Assembly (NCBI RefSeq): GCF_009914755.1
Contig: NC_060928.1
DNA: 64,000 bases
Origin: the human T2T-CHM13v2.0 reference genome, Homo sapiens
Direction: 5' to 3' (one strand)
A program made the position numbers and the translations under genes. Positions 25,311-38,829 of the stretch are shown piece by piece (the stretch's first letter is position 1; every line of letters begins with the position of its first letter). Under the pieces are notes generated by a model. It ran no database searches. It saw only the letters and a list, made by a program, of their open reading frames with translations, and was not told where the DNA came from.

Positions 25311-26295
25311 GCAAGAAAACAAATAATGTGATTGAAAAAATGGGCAGAGGACCTGAATTAACTTTTGCAAAAGAAGATATACAAAGGGCCAACAGGTATA
25401 TGAAAGAGTGCTCAACAACACTAATCATCAGGGAAATGAAAATTAAAACTACAGTGAAATATCATCCTACATCTATTAGAATGGTTATTATCAAAAATAC
25501 AAAAAGTAAGTGTTGGCAAGTATGTGAAGAAAAGGGGACCCTTGAATACTGTTTGTGGGAATGTAAATTAGTACAACCATTGTAGAAAACAGTATGAAGC
25601 TTCCTCAAAAAATTTTTAAAAAAAACTATCATATGATCCAGCAATTGCAACACTGGGTATATATTCAAAGGAAATGAAATTCATGTGTCAAAGAGATATC
25701 TGCACTTCCATATTCGTTGCAGCATTATTCACAATAACTAAGGTGTGGAATCAACCTAAGTGTCTATCAAAAAATAAATGGATAAATAAAATGGTCATTA
25801 TATATATACACAATTGAGTATGATTCAGCCTTAAAAAAGAAAGAAATCCTGTCATTTGCAACAAAATAGATAAGCCTGGAGGACATTATGTGAAATAAGC
25901 CAGGTGTAGAGAGACAAATACTACATGATCTCACTCATGTGGAATCTTAAAAAGTCAAATTTATAGAAGTAAAAAATAGAATGGTAGTTACCAGGGGTGG
26001 TGGGAGACAGGGAGAGATGTGATCATTGAATACAAAATTTCAGTTAGGAGGAATAAGTTCAAGAGATTTACTTTAAAACATGGTCACTAAAGTTAATAAC
26101 AATGTATTATATATTTGAAAATGGCTGAAAGTAGCTTTTAAGTGTTCTCACCACAAAAAAATGACCTATATGTGAGGTAATGCATATGTTAATTAGCTAG
26201 TTTTACCCATTTCACTATGTATAAACATTTAAAAACATCATTATATACACCATAAATATATTCCATTTTTATTTGTGAATTAAATTTTAAAAAAT
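25311..26295 (+). mobile_element. L1MA 3' end (ORF2 C-terminus and 3'UTR)
   Basis: Second half of ORF 24932-25585 is ORF2p-like (KEDIQRANRYMKECSTTLIIREMKIKTT...[11 protein letters not shown]), followed by an L1MA-type 3'UTR. Confidence 0.9.
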
Positions 26296-27619
26296 TTGAA
26301 TGTATGAATGAATGGATGAATGACAAGCCTCATGCATGTCACTTATTGAGCCTCAGACCCCTTATTTTCATAATTACAAAGGTTAAATTATATAATTTCT
26401 GTTGTCTATTCTAACCACCAGCATTTGATTTTATGATACTATAGATCTTACTTAGAAAAAAAAATAGATATATAGAAACTCACCTTTACCCAACAGATAA
26501 ATTTGGTTATTTTAAATGTTTTTTGAAGATTCTTTTGTAAAAAAAAAATTACTGCTAATGCATTATACATTCATTGGGAGTCTTTGACACAGAAATGGGG
26601 AAGAATAGTCACCTCAGCTGAAGTAGATGAGGTCTCTGACAACTGTACGTCAAAGGCAAATGAAGATAAAATACCTTCAAAATGATCACATAAATCAATA
26701 AGCAAATGACTTTGATTACAACTATGATTTAATTAATTATAAGGCCACATCTGTTGCATTAATCAAGCTAAAATCAGTAACAGAATTTAAATTGAATGTG
26801 GTACCTCAGGAGAGGTTTTAAAAGTAAACTTTTTATTAAGGAATAAATACAGACATAAAAGTGTACAAATCATGCATTCCTTGTTTGGTGAATTATCACA
26901 AAGTGAATGTATTCATGTAACTATTATTCAGATCAAGAATCAGAATATTGCTAGAATATTACCAGCACACCAGATGTCTCCCTAAAGTCCCCAACTAGCC
27001 ACTGACTCCCCAGCTTCCAACAATTCCCACTATCCTGATATCTAACTTCATAGATTAGTTTTGTCTGGGTTTCAATGTTCTATAAATATAATCACACACT
27101 GAGTAATCCTAGTGTCTGGCAATTTTTGTTAACCATTTTCTGTAATATTTATTTGCATCATTATGCACAGTTGTAATTCATTCATTCTTCTTAATCTATA
27201 ATCCTCCAGTGTATTAATATACCCAGTTGATTTTTTATACTGCTGATGGATATTTTGGGTTGTTTCTAGTTTATAACTACAATAGTAGTGCTGCTTTTTG
27301 TATATGTTATTTGATGAACATTTCTCTTGAGTATATATTTTCAAGGATCACTACTGGTCATGAAGTATGCTTATGTTCAATCTTAGTAAATATTACCAAA
27401 TGGTTTCCCAAACTGGTTTTTCCAATTATATTCCTACCTTCAATATATGACAGTTTCAGTTGTTTCTTGCCTTCTTCAAAATTTAGTATTTTCTATCTTA
27501 TTTTAGTTATTTTGGGGTATGTGTAATGGTATCATATTGGTTTGATTTCTATGCATTTGTGTGGTTTTGAAATTTTATATGTACAGTAAAATGCACACAT
27601 CTTTATTGAGCTTGATAAA

Positions 27620-27760
27620 TTTATATGTATATGTGTATGTACATACACACATATACAGTGTAGGTGTGTATGTGTGTATATGTATATGTGTGTATGAATG
27701 TATGAGTGAACACACACATATACATATACATATACACATACACACATACACACACACACA
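27620..27760. repeat. Compound (TG/TA)n-(CA/TA)n microsatellite
   Basis: Alternating purine-pyrimidine tract visible directly. Confidence 0.9.
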
Positions 27761-28999
27761 AACCTATGGTAACCACCATCTAGAACAAGATATAGAACAT
27801 ACTCAGCACCCCAGAAAGATCTCCCTTCCACTTTCAACAACCTCTAAGAGGTTACTATTTTGACTTTTCCCATTGTAAATTAATTTTCTTTTTTCTTGAC
27901 TTTCAAATAAACAGAATCATACTCTCTTGTGTCTTTGAGTATCCACAGACACACAGACTCGCCAATACATGGAGAGTCATTCATGTATTGCATGTAGCAG
28001 TCATTTTTATTGCTTTGTAATATTAAATATATAAATATACCACAATGTACTTGTCCATTCCATTGATAAATGTTTGGGTTGAGTAAAGCTGTAATGAATA
28101 TTTTGTACTTGATATTTGTTGTAATTATTTCTTCCAGATATATGTGTCTGTATATGGAGCGAAAGAAACAAAAAGGGGGTGGGTGATATTGCTAGGTCCT
28201 ATGGTAGGCATTTGTTTAGGCTTACAAGATACTGTTAGTTTCCAAAGATCTTTGTCAATTTACACTACCAGCAGCAATGTATGAGAGTTCCAGTCTCTAC
28301 GAGGTCATCAGCATCACAACTGCCATTGTGGTGGGTGGATGGTAGCATCACATTCTTATTTGCATTTCATAATGACTAATGATATTGAACAACTTTTCAT
28401 ATGCATAATGAATGTTTAAGTACTCTGTTGTAATGTGTCTGTTCAACCCTTTTGACCATTTTTAATTGGATTTTCTGTTTTTATCTCATTGATTTGTAGA
28501 AGTACTCTATAAGTTCTAGACAGAAGTCCAGTCCTTTGTTGGATTTGTCTATTACAAATATTTTCTCCCAGTCTTTGACTTTTCATTATTATAATAGTGT
28601 CTTCTGATAAATAGAAGATAATAAATTTAATAAAGGTGAATTTATTCATCTTTTATTTCTTTATTAATTCTCTTGAATGTCTGTATTTAAGAAAAAAAAT
28701 CACCAAAAGATCATGAAGATATTGTCTTATAATTTCATCAAGAAGTTTTATTTTTTCTGCCTTTTCCACTTAGGACTATGATCCATAAATAATTTTTGTA
28801 TATGGTATAAAGTAGAAATCAAGTTTCATTCCTTTCCACAAATTTATCTAATTGATCCAGGAACATGTATTGAGAAGATTATCCATGCCCCACCAAGTTG
28901 CAGTGGCACTTGTTTTAGAAAATGAGTGTGTATGTGTGGGAATACTTTTGGACCCCAATCAGTTCCAGTGGTATCCATTGGAAAGATTTTTCTTTGTTC

Positions 29000-29500
29000 C
29001 CTATAGGAGCAAAGAAACATTTTCTATCTCATCACTAGGTTTGTGATTAAGCCCTCTATAACAAAATTCAGATTAATAGAAAAAAAAGCATACAAATTTA
29101 ATATGTGTTTTACATGACATGGAATTCTTAATAAGAAAATGAAGGTCCCTCCAAAATAGGTAAATGTATATTTTTTATGCTTAGGTTTGATGAAGAGATG
29201 GATAGTCATGAAGATGTATGATTAAACTAAGGGTATGATCTAATGCTAATAATCTCACCAGGGTTGGGGCAGGGAGAGTTAATAAACAGGACTTATCAAG
29301 GCCTGTTTGTTTAGATTATTCCCTAAGTCTCTGAGTCTTCAGAGATAAGGATATTCCTTTCTCAGGATATAGGGAGAACACCTCTTCCATGAGGGTCTTA
29401 TGACCAGTTTCAAGGGAAAAATCAACAGGAAAATGAGATGGCTTTTCTACTTCTGCTGTTTGCTCACATGCCAAGGTGTCATATTTGGGAGTGGCATGTC
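29000..29500 (-). mobile_element. ERV1-class solo LTR (MER34/MER39-like)
   Basis: cagattaatagaaaaaaaagcatacaaattta...catatttgggagtggcatgt; the L1 sequence resumes afterwards. Confidence 0.7.
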
Positions 29501-31354
29501 CATCCCTCCAATACCATGCTGTCTTAATTACCATAGCTGTATAGAAAGTATTTATATTTTGTACTATATGCTATCCAACTTTGTTCTTCTTCTAAAAGAT
29601 TGTCAGGTCCATTCTAGGCATTTTGTATTACCATGTAAGTTTTAGAATCAGCTCTTGAATTCCTCCCTCCTAGAAAAGATTGGGGTTTTGACTGGCATTG
29701 TATTAAATCTATAGATAGCTTTGGGGATTAATCAGCATTTTAACAATATCAAGTTTTCCAGTCTATGAACATGGTATATTTCTCTATTTATGCCTTCTTT
29801 ACTTTTTCTTAGCAAAGTTTTATAGTTATGAATGTAGACAACTTCACAACTGTTGTAGATTTATTTCTAGGTATTAATATTCTAAAAATATTGTGAATGT
29901 TGTTTTTATTTTCTATTAGTTTGTTGCTACTATATGGAAATACAATTAATTTTTATACATAACCCTTGTATCCAGCCCTTGTTTTTTATAATGGTTAGTA
30001 CTACATAGTCTGTATATTTACTTTTGTATAATACAGTATTTGACACTATAGTTGATTTTACTACATTTACACTAATCCCTTGTAATAACGCCATTTTTGT
30101 TTTACAAATTTTCTTTATAAAGACTTTCAAATATCAGAACAACTATTCTTTTGGAATAGAAAGAAATTCTTAAAATCGTTCTTCAAGTAAAGCTGTGAAA
30201 TACTATGCTGATAGCTTCAATCAATCATATTGTTTAACAACATGATGTTAATATTTAGGAGCTCAAATTACCATTTTTAGACTCCTGAAAAAGAATTTTT
30301 TCTAGTCAATACAAATCTTGACATTAGAAAATTACAAGGAACAATTATTCTTCATCAGCATTTACTCAAATTAATTCAAGTTAATTTGTCCCTTTGGAAG
30401 TAAGGATGACAATGAAAATCAAGACTTGGAGTGATTTCTTAATAACATAATTATATGTAAAGATGAAGTAAGAGCTATAAACCCACCCTGTAGAGGTTTC
30501 CTAGGTAGGGAAAAATTAGGTCCTAACTTTTGTTATTCACCACACAAGATGTCCTTAAGGAAAACTCTAGGCCTTCAAGGTCAGTTAATTATTGTCAGTT
30601 AAGCCCATCCTCATTCCCTTTCACCCAGATAGAAAATGCCAGGTAGACTTTAGGAGAATAGGTTTGGTGAGGAGCTTCACAGAGTAAAGCAAACTTTAGA
30701 AATTATATCTGGCTTTTCAATATGTTCCCCAAAAGGTAATATGGAGGACACAGCTCAGGCCTCGACTCATCAGTCTTCATGTATTATATCACGTAGAATG
30801 AAAGTACAAAGCAAAGATCACTAAAATTTCTAATACTCTTCTTCAATGTATTGCTGAAAGGTTGGGATAGGTGAGAGCAGGGTAAGAGTAAAGGTACATA
30901 AACCTTTCTCTACCCCAGAGTAAAAATGGTGGTTTCTTCTATTCCAGGGCCCAGGCTGAGGCACGCTCTTCTAATACTATGTTGAAAATTTAGCATTCCT
31001 CATATTTTACAGATTAATTTTTCAAGAACCACTGTCTGATCTGCCCATAGCTTCATAGTTCTGCTATTTAACTTTGCATGGATTTCCTGAGAAGTAATAA
31101 TGCTGAACACCCCTCCTCCCACCACAGCTCTGCATTACATAAAAAAGTTATCCCAAATTGACTGATGAAAAATCTTCAATCATTTCTCCCTAATTCTTAT
31201 TTTTATAATTAATTTTTTTCATGATTGCCAAAGGAGGTAGGTCAATCTCCCAGTGCACCCTACAATGGTAATGCATTGATTAAGGGTAATAACAGTGGAA
31301 ACAGCCACAATACTGTCATTAAATTTATTAACTGTTTCTTGTATGTCAGACACT

Positions 31355-31820
31355 TGTCAAGGAAGCCACCCACTATTCAATATCTGAAACAAACTAACAA
31401 GGCTGAGTTTGTTGCTGGCTATGCGAGGGAGACATGTGCTTGTAAAACAGTCTCTCTGAGAATAGCAGAGAACTCATTTTACTGGGTTTATGGAGGTGTG
31501 GGCTCCGGCATGGGTAGATTTTTAGAATTGGGTGGGACTAGGGATTGGTTGACCTTTAGCTGTGTCAGATTGGCTTACTGGATTACTGGAGCCAGACTGG
31601 CTATCTGCTGGCTTCCATGAGCTGGGCTACTGAAGTGAGATTGTTGCTCACTGACTGACGTTTGGAAGCCAAAGACTTAACTCATTGGCCAGGCTTCAGA
31701 AATACAGCTCCTAAAGCTTCTAAAGTAAGTTGTCATTTGTCATTAAGAAGGGTTTAAAGCTGTTTCTGATGATTGCTTGTTAGGATGTCCAAAACACAGT
31801 CTTTTCCTGGGAACACAAGA
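31355..31820 (-). mobile_element. Probable old solo LTR, family uncertain
   Basis: GC-elevated block of about 460 bp with LTR-like composition and gattggt/gattggc motifs. Confidence 0.4.
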
Positions 31821-33189
31821 ATCTTTTACTCTGATGATACTCAATGTTAATATTAGTTAGTAGTCAGTTTATAGATGTTACACAATTTACTTTTCAGAAA
31901 ATCCTTTATGAATATGAATTATTAGAATTTCCATTTTATTCATAAGAAAACTAAGGCTTATCTTGCCCAAAGTCACATGACTCATAAATGGAAGAAACAC
32001 GATTCAAAACAATTTTAAGTCCAAAAAAATCAGGACATACCCAAAGACTGAGTCTACATTCATTCAGTGAACAGTATAATACATGCTGAGTCATCAGGAA
32101 GCCAGGTGTAGCTGTAAGCATTGAGAATACCAACTTACACAAAACACACAAAATCTGTCTTCCTCCAACTGACGCCTTTGCTATCTTTTGCTGATATTTG
32201 CATTCTAGGCCTTTTCTCCTGCCAGCTTCAAGATGTCACCTGGTAAATAATTCTCCCCGGATTAGGTCATTTTTGTATAAGTCCTTTGCCCAATACTTCA
32301 CCAAAATCTTAACTTTTTTCCTGTGAATGGGGCTGTCCCTTACTCTTTACCTTACCTCTGAAAAATCAGATTTGCATTTGACAACTACACTTAGTTCAGA
32401 TGGCTGAAGGAGATTAAAATCATACCTTCAAGTTCTAATTTAATAGTTAACAATTTTATTAGAGTAATTTTGTGCCCATTTTTGAGGCATCCAAACTAAG
32501 TTTATTTTTACCCCATACTTCAACGTAAGGTGAAATTTTTCTCAAAAAACAAAGCAGAAGTAGTTGCCTTATATTCAAATCCATATGACTTTTTTTTATA
32601 TATTACGAGTCACATTCTCAGTTTATTTTGAGCAAACAAGAACAATACATTAGCCTGAAGCAACCTCAGCCACTGCTAGTTTAGAATGCTCAGATGTCAC
32701 CCAAAGAAATTTGTTTAAAAAACAGGGAGGGGGCAGACAAACTTTGCATAGATTGTAGTCATTATTGCTGAGTGTGCAGCTTCTCAGCTCCAAGTATTGA
32801 ATGTTACTGTAAATAAAGTCTTTAAGGACAACTTTCCAAGTGTTACACTAACCGATTATGGTGAGGAAATAACAGACACAAAATGAATTTTTAAAAGAAA
32901 CTGCCTGTATTTCTATTAATGGCTTAATTATCCCATGATGATGTGCTCTCTTCTGTGTTAGAATAATCACAAAGTGGCTTTTTTTAGTGATAACAAATAA
33001 CTGAATTAAATGTGTGTATAAAGAATTTTTATAAAATTATCTCCTGAATATCTAAGAAGCACAGCAATTATTCTGAAGTATTATTTTCTATGATAAATGG
33101 TTTGTACATGTATATATAATAAGTTAATTAAGTACGAAGTGTAGATTGTGATTATTTCACATTTATTGCTAAAAATGTTTACTTTCAAG

Positions 33190-33678
33190 TTAATAAAATG
33201 AAACATTTATTTTACAAAACAGAAGACTGTCTTATTATCAAAGTGACCTTATACTTGTACATATTATGTATGTTATTTTTCTTATAAATTGAGGAAGTTT
33301 TGTTAAATTGCTTTACTAGGCACAAATCTCATTTAGTACAAAGCACTCAAACATATTTTGTGTTTATTTGGCTTCAGATGTAGCCAAGGAGGTCACAGCA
33401 TTTCTAGAAAATTTGTGTTTTATTAAGCATCCTAGGTACAGAGGTATTCAGCAGAAGAAAGCTTATGGTAGAAATATCCCCAAAATTCCCATGATTATAT
33501 CTCAAAGTTGCCTGCAAACAAACGATTTTCATGGTATAGAAAGAGGCCCAATCCTCTTGGTCTTCATCCCAGGATCCTTTTGGGATGTCCATCTGGTGAT
33601 GAGATTGAGGATCGCAGTGTCAGGAGTGGGTCGCCCTCTAACCTGCCTTTGCACCGCAAGCCAGAGTCCAGGAAGGTA
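33190..33678 (-). other. Candidate terminal exon/3'UTR of an unidentified minus-strand transcript
   Basis: Acceptor ctgttctttttaaaaacacag with AG at 33680-33679. GC/CpG-richer block, then AU-rich sequence with AATAAA at 33424-33419, 33211-33206 and 33167-33162. Confidence 0.35.
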
Positions 33679-34829
33679 CTGTGTTTTTAAAAAGAACAGC
33701 GGTACCATATTATTCAGCAGTATCTTGAGTTTTGTATAAGAAGAAATAGCAACCAAAGTGAATTCATATATAAATAAATAGATAAAAGTCGCAATGTCAC
33801 TATTTAAAATAAAAAAGCATAACAGAAGAGAAGAGATATCTAAGGGCCTAGGAAATATAATCTTCTTCAGAAAATATTTTCTTAATGAGTCAGGAAAAAA
33901 ATAGAGAATTTCTACTTAGCATTAGTGAGATCAAAGGCCATTACATCTATTTAACAGTAATAGGTCAGAATAAACAGAGAATTCAAAGAACCAAGTTAAT
34001 CGAATCAATAACAAATAATGATAAGCCTTAAAAACCTGGCCCAATACTGCCAGAGTGCTACAGAAAATAAATATGAATACATATCTATAATGTGGAAGAA
34101 ATGGAAAGAGATGTCTGTTAATGTCACAGATGACAATGGACTTTGGGAACAGAATGTAAAGAATTGACTTTGAATAACAGTATTTCCAAAAAAGAAAATA
34201 ACACAAAATAATGAGAACTGATCATCAAAATGTAAAATAAAATAAAAGGGCCTAAGCAAATAAGTTTTGATAATGTCTAAAAAATTGCATATATGAGGCT
34301 GAAAAGTTTTCCTAAAGACTACAGCATGTAAGAAAGCATGATATCATAATTCTTAGTGTGAACTGTAATATGAGTAATTCAGTATTTTTTCAAGAAGTGG
34401 GGAAAGAGAGGGTTTCAAATTACTGTATCCTATTTACTATAGTCAGATTTACTGTATTCATGTTTAATATATAAACTGATGAAAGACTTTTACTTGATGA
34501 TTAGAACTTAGTCAATTTTTAGGCAAATGTTGTACACCACACTGTCTTATTAGTCCATGTGTATTGTCCATCCACTGGATTCCAGGCCTGCTTTAGGTAC
34601 AGGGACTTCTGGCCCAAACAAAAACAGTAGGACCTGAAGCCATGGAGTTTACAGTGAGAAAAGACAACAAGCCAACTGTTGGACTTTGACTTAATTATAC
34701 TTGTAATGAGTTCTATAAAAGGGAAATGATATTGCAACAGGAATTACTCAGGTCACACTGGTGATTAGTGCTGTGAATGCAATTTTATTGCAGTCAAACA
34801 ACTTCAAGTTTCACAATATTACATAGGAA

Positions 34830-34960
34830 CTAGAATTATACTTCATGAAGGCAGGGATTTTGCTCTGATTTTTTCACTTTCAATCCCGAGTGCAGACAAC
34901 ATTTCCTGGAATATAGTAGGCACTCAAAAAATAATTGTTCCTCAACTAGTAAATGCATAA
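34830..34960 (+). mobile_element. L2 3' end fragment
   Basis: cttcatgaaggcagggattttg...cctggaatatagtaggcactcaa. Confidence 0.7.
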
Positions 34961-36655
34961 AAGGAATTCTTCTACTGACTAATTGGTTAGCTAAACTCCT
35001 ACAAGTAGCCTTTGTGAACAAGGAGAAAAATAGTACCTTATTTCATCATATATAACAAACCATACATTGTAAGTTGTCATTGATTATGACACATTACTAT
35101 TTTATATGCAAAAGATAAATCAAGTTTGGAGAATCTGATAGGACATACCCTCCTCCCCAGACAAGGCTGAAAATCGTAGTGTAAAATGAACGATAATTAA
35201 AGCTACAACACAGAAAGTAAAATTAAATTTGCATGTCTCAATCTTGTCACTGAATAGAGGCAGGGAAAACAAATGTCCTTTGAATTTCTGAAAATTTGAA
35301 CCATAAAGAGTGCTCACACCAATCTGCAACTCCGAATTCATACCACCATTATGTTCCCAAAGACCAGAGACATAAAGAGGTCCCAGGTTGGCTAATGGAA
35401 GAAATAAATGGCAAATCCTATCTGGAAGAACTCAGCTTCAGTCGAGACTCAGAGAAACTGTAATACAGAGCTGCTAATATGAGTCTTAGAATCCATAAAA
35501 TGCAGTGTTTAGAACACTCCCATATGTCACTGGACAACTGGAAAAGTCATCTAGATTATGTTTAAGGAGCTAAGAATGGGGATTAGTTTTCCCTTTGTCA
35601 GCAAAGTCCATCTGTAGCCAGTGACATGCATTTTACAACAGTCAGTTGCAATCTCCAAATTCAGGAGTGTCGAGGTTATTCATAGTTCCATTTTTTTTCC
35701 TCAAAAAAGAACAGGGTGATTTAAAAGTAAAATAGAGAAACCTAAGCTGAATTTCTGGCTTAAACAAGAAATCTCTTAGGATGGAATATTTTACTGAGAT
35801 TTGGAGTATATGTTGCATTAGTCGAAGCCAAAAGAACAGAACTATTTCCAAGGAAGGTAAGATCATGTGCTGGTGTCCTGAGGTGGGAAAAGCATGGCCT
35901 GACTGAGTTGTTGAAAGAGAGACATTGTGCCTTTAGAATAAAAAGCAAGTGAAATAGCACTGCAAGAAGAGTTTGTGGACACAGGCATGCCCTAGATCAG
36001 GCAAGAATTCTTTACATTTGTTTAAGAACAGACTCTATCCCCAGGGCATGAATTTTAATGACAGGAATGAAAAAAGAGGATTTCCATTATTTTCAACATG
36101 TCCTCTCATCTTTCCTTATAATCTGGGTAAATATTGTCTCCTACTTTCTGAAATGGGTATTGAACTAAATTTTAACTCACCTTTCTTTCCTTTAACCCCA
36201 GAATTTCACTCCACAATTAGCCAATACTTCTCAATTTGATTCAATAGATAGGATTCCTTCCTTTTTCCAATATAAGAAGGTTTTCTGTTTCCTAATTATA
36301 AGTTTTTTTCTTGATTCAGCTTCCATTTCTTTTAACACCCATAAATTCTTTCTGTTTTAGTTGCTACGATTTTCAAATATTTGGTGTGTACTTTTACTTC
36401 CAAGTTCTATCCTGATTCAGTATCATCTCAGTTTCTGCCAGCTTTCATCTGACTTTAAAACTCTTCTGAAACTACCTGCTCATCAAAGATCAAAATGTGC
36501 TTTTCCACCAGATCCAGTGGCTTTCTCTCATCTCTCATCTCCTGCTTGCTTTAACCTTGTATGTTGTTGACAATCTCCTGCGACTTTCTTCAACAAATTT
36601 TGTCCTTCGTTGGCTAAACTATTGCACTTTGTTATCTTTCTATTTCTCTTCTTCC

Positions 36656-36952
36656 TTTTTTTTTTTTTGAGACAAAATTTCACTTTTTTGCCCAAGCTGG
36701 AGTGCAATGGCATTGATGTCAGCTGACTGCAACCTCCACCTCCCAGATTCAAGTGATTCTCCTGCCTCAGCCTCCCGAGTAGCTGGGATTATAGGCTTAT
36801 GCCACCATACCTGGCTAATTTTTTGTATTTTTAGTAGAAACGGGGTTTCACCATGTTAGCCAGGCTGGTCTTGAACTCCTGACCTCAGGTGATCTGCCCG
36901 CCTCGGCCTCCCAAAGTGCTGGGATTACAGGCGTGAGCCACTGTGTCCGGCC
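36656..36952 (-). mobile_element. AluS (Sq/Sx-like) SINE
   Basis: Full antisense Alu with poly-T at the left end. Confidence 0.95.
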
Positions 36953-38269
36953 TTATTCTTTTTACATGACCTTACTTCTTTTTCCTCTCTTTTCCTTGTC
37001 TTAGTTCAACATTCTGCTTCTCTATATCCGAAGAAAGAGGAAAAAAAAATACCTTGCTATCTTCCCCCCAACAGACATACTTTACTAAAAGATGTTGTGC
37101 TCTTCTATTATTCTCTTCCATCATTTAGGACTTCATTTCAGAGATCCTGAATAAAACATATAGATAATTTCATGATCTGGAATAGAATCTGCATTTGTGA
37201 CTAACAAGAGAGGTTGTACAAATTATAATTTCTGACTCCTTGTTTTCTCACTAGACCATGTGCTTTTTGAGGATCAACACTGTGCATTATTCATAATTGT
37301 ATCTACAAAACTTGGCACCTTGTTTTCCACCACAGAGTAGACAGCATATATTTTAATGTGCATAACTGTCCTGGTATTATCTTAAATCTGTTGGATGTGT
37401 GTTTTGTGATAGCATAAATTTGTTTATGTGTTAACAAAACACACACATACTCTTTTCTCTCTTTCTCTCTCTCTCAAACATACAGAGACAGAGAGAGAGA
37501 AAGAGAACAGTTCTCATCATCATTAAGCCATTTTCGTTGGAAATATTTTCAGAATTAACCAAGGAAAATTAACCTTCAGATTAGTGGACTTCACTCCATG
37601 CAAATGGTAAAAGTGAAAATATGATTCAAATTTTTAAAAGCGGGAGCTCAGATTGCTTAATGTCTCCTTTATTCTGGTTTACATAGTAGCTCCGTGGCTG
37701 TGCACTGTAAGTACAATTATGATTAATTTCCAAGCATAAGCACTTGTTCTCAACCGAACCATTATTTTCTTGCAGAAAACAAAGAAAAACTTCCTAGAGT
37801 TCTATTTCTTGTGTCAAAATCAACCTTAACTTTAGTTCACTAATCCTTTCCAAGGGCCCCAGCTGATCTATTTAATTTTTCTTTTAAATGCTATCTTACT
37901 AGAGTATTTTTTTCATACTTAGGTCAAAAATCATTGTAATAAAAAATGTTCTACAAATATTGAATTACATGATAAATTTCCCTTGGTGAATCTCTACTGT
38001 CATCCATTTTGAACGTCAGAAATTCCTCGGGCAATCTGGAAATAAAATATTCTGGTCTGCAGGCTGAACTTCCCATAAATGCAAGCTGTCACTGCTGTCT
38101 CACTCTGCTGATCAGCCAACCATGTCAAGCAATGCTGTCATTTACTTAAGAGAAACAAGCAAACCCTTCAATCATGTTGTTTCTGAAGGAAAGTAGAAAA
38201 GAAAAACCACAACATTTTCTTTTTCCTTCTTTGGCCTAGGATGGTGAAGCAAAATTAGCTTAGAATTAT

Positions 38270-38490
38270 AGTAATAATAACAACGTTTGCTATTTTACTG
38301 TTGCAAATACTTTGTAGTATTAACCATTTAATCCTCACGACGTTCTAGTAGATATCATAACTTTACCTATTTTACAGATGAAGAAAATGAGACATTGAGA
38401 GGTTATGCAATTGGCCCAAGTAAAACAGCTAGTAAGGGGCAGAGCTTGAATTCAAGCAGTCTAAATTTAAGAGCACAGGTTCATAATGCT
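38270..38490 (-). mobile_element. MIR SINE
   Basis: MIR core: attttacagatgaagaaaatgagac...cagctagtaaggggcagagc. Confidence 0.8.
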
Positions 38491-38829
38491 ATGAGGATCA
38501 ATACAATTCTATAATGGGTGTATTTTAGGTCATAGATTTTTATAATATTTAATTCCATTTAAAATTAGGAATTTGAAGAAAATGTCTTTATTTCTTTTAA
38601 TACTACCAGAAATAAATTATTTCCCATTAGCTTCAAAATCCTTTGCTCATTTTAACCATCCTGATAGGTTTCAGGTTTGTGATGGTTGTTGTTGTGTGTG
38701 TGCCTTTAAGATAATCATTTTTAATGCCATATGTCCAACTTATGCTTACTAATTTTTATCATTTGCACTCACAGCCATCAAATCTAAAGCCTTTTCCTCC
38801 TTTAAGCTAGTCTCGTTAGAATATAAGAG

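Larger units (their letters stand above)
26825..30000 (-). mobile_element. Old L1ME/L1M fragments (at least two 3' ends), interrupted by a TG/CA microsatellite and an LTR
   Basis: Antisense L1 motifs throughout (gcatttcataatgactaatgatattgaacaacttttcatatg, ataccatgctgtcttaattacc). Confidence 0.75.

Noticed and set aside
24932-25585. Longest ORF (217 aa) with a hydrophobic N-terminal half
   Set aside because: Chance fusion of L2 3' sequence and an L1MA ORF2 remnant, starting at TTG. Not a gene.
37456-37506. 17-bp perfect inverted repeat (TC tract / GA tract)
   Set aside because: Low-complexity dinucleotide repeats; complementarity is expected by chance.
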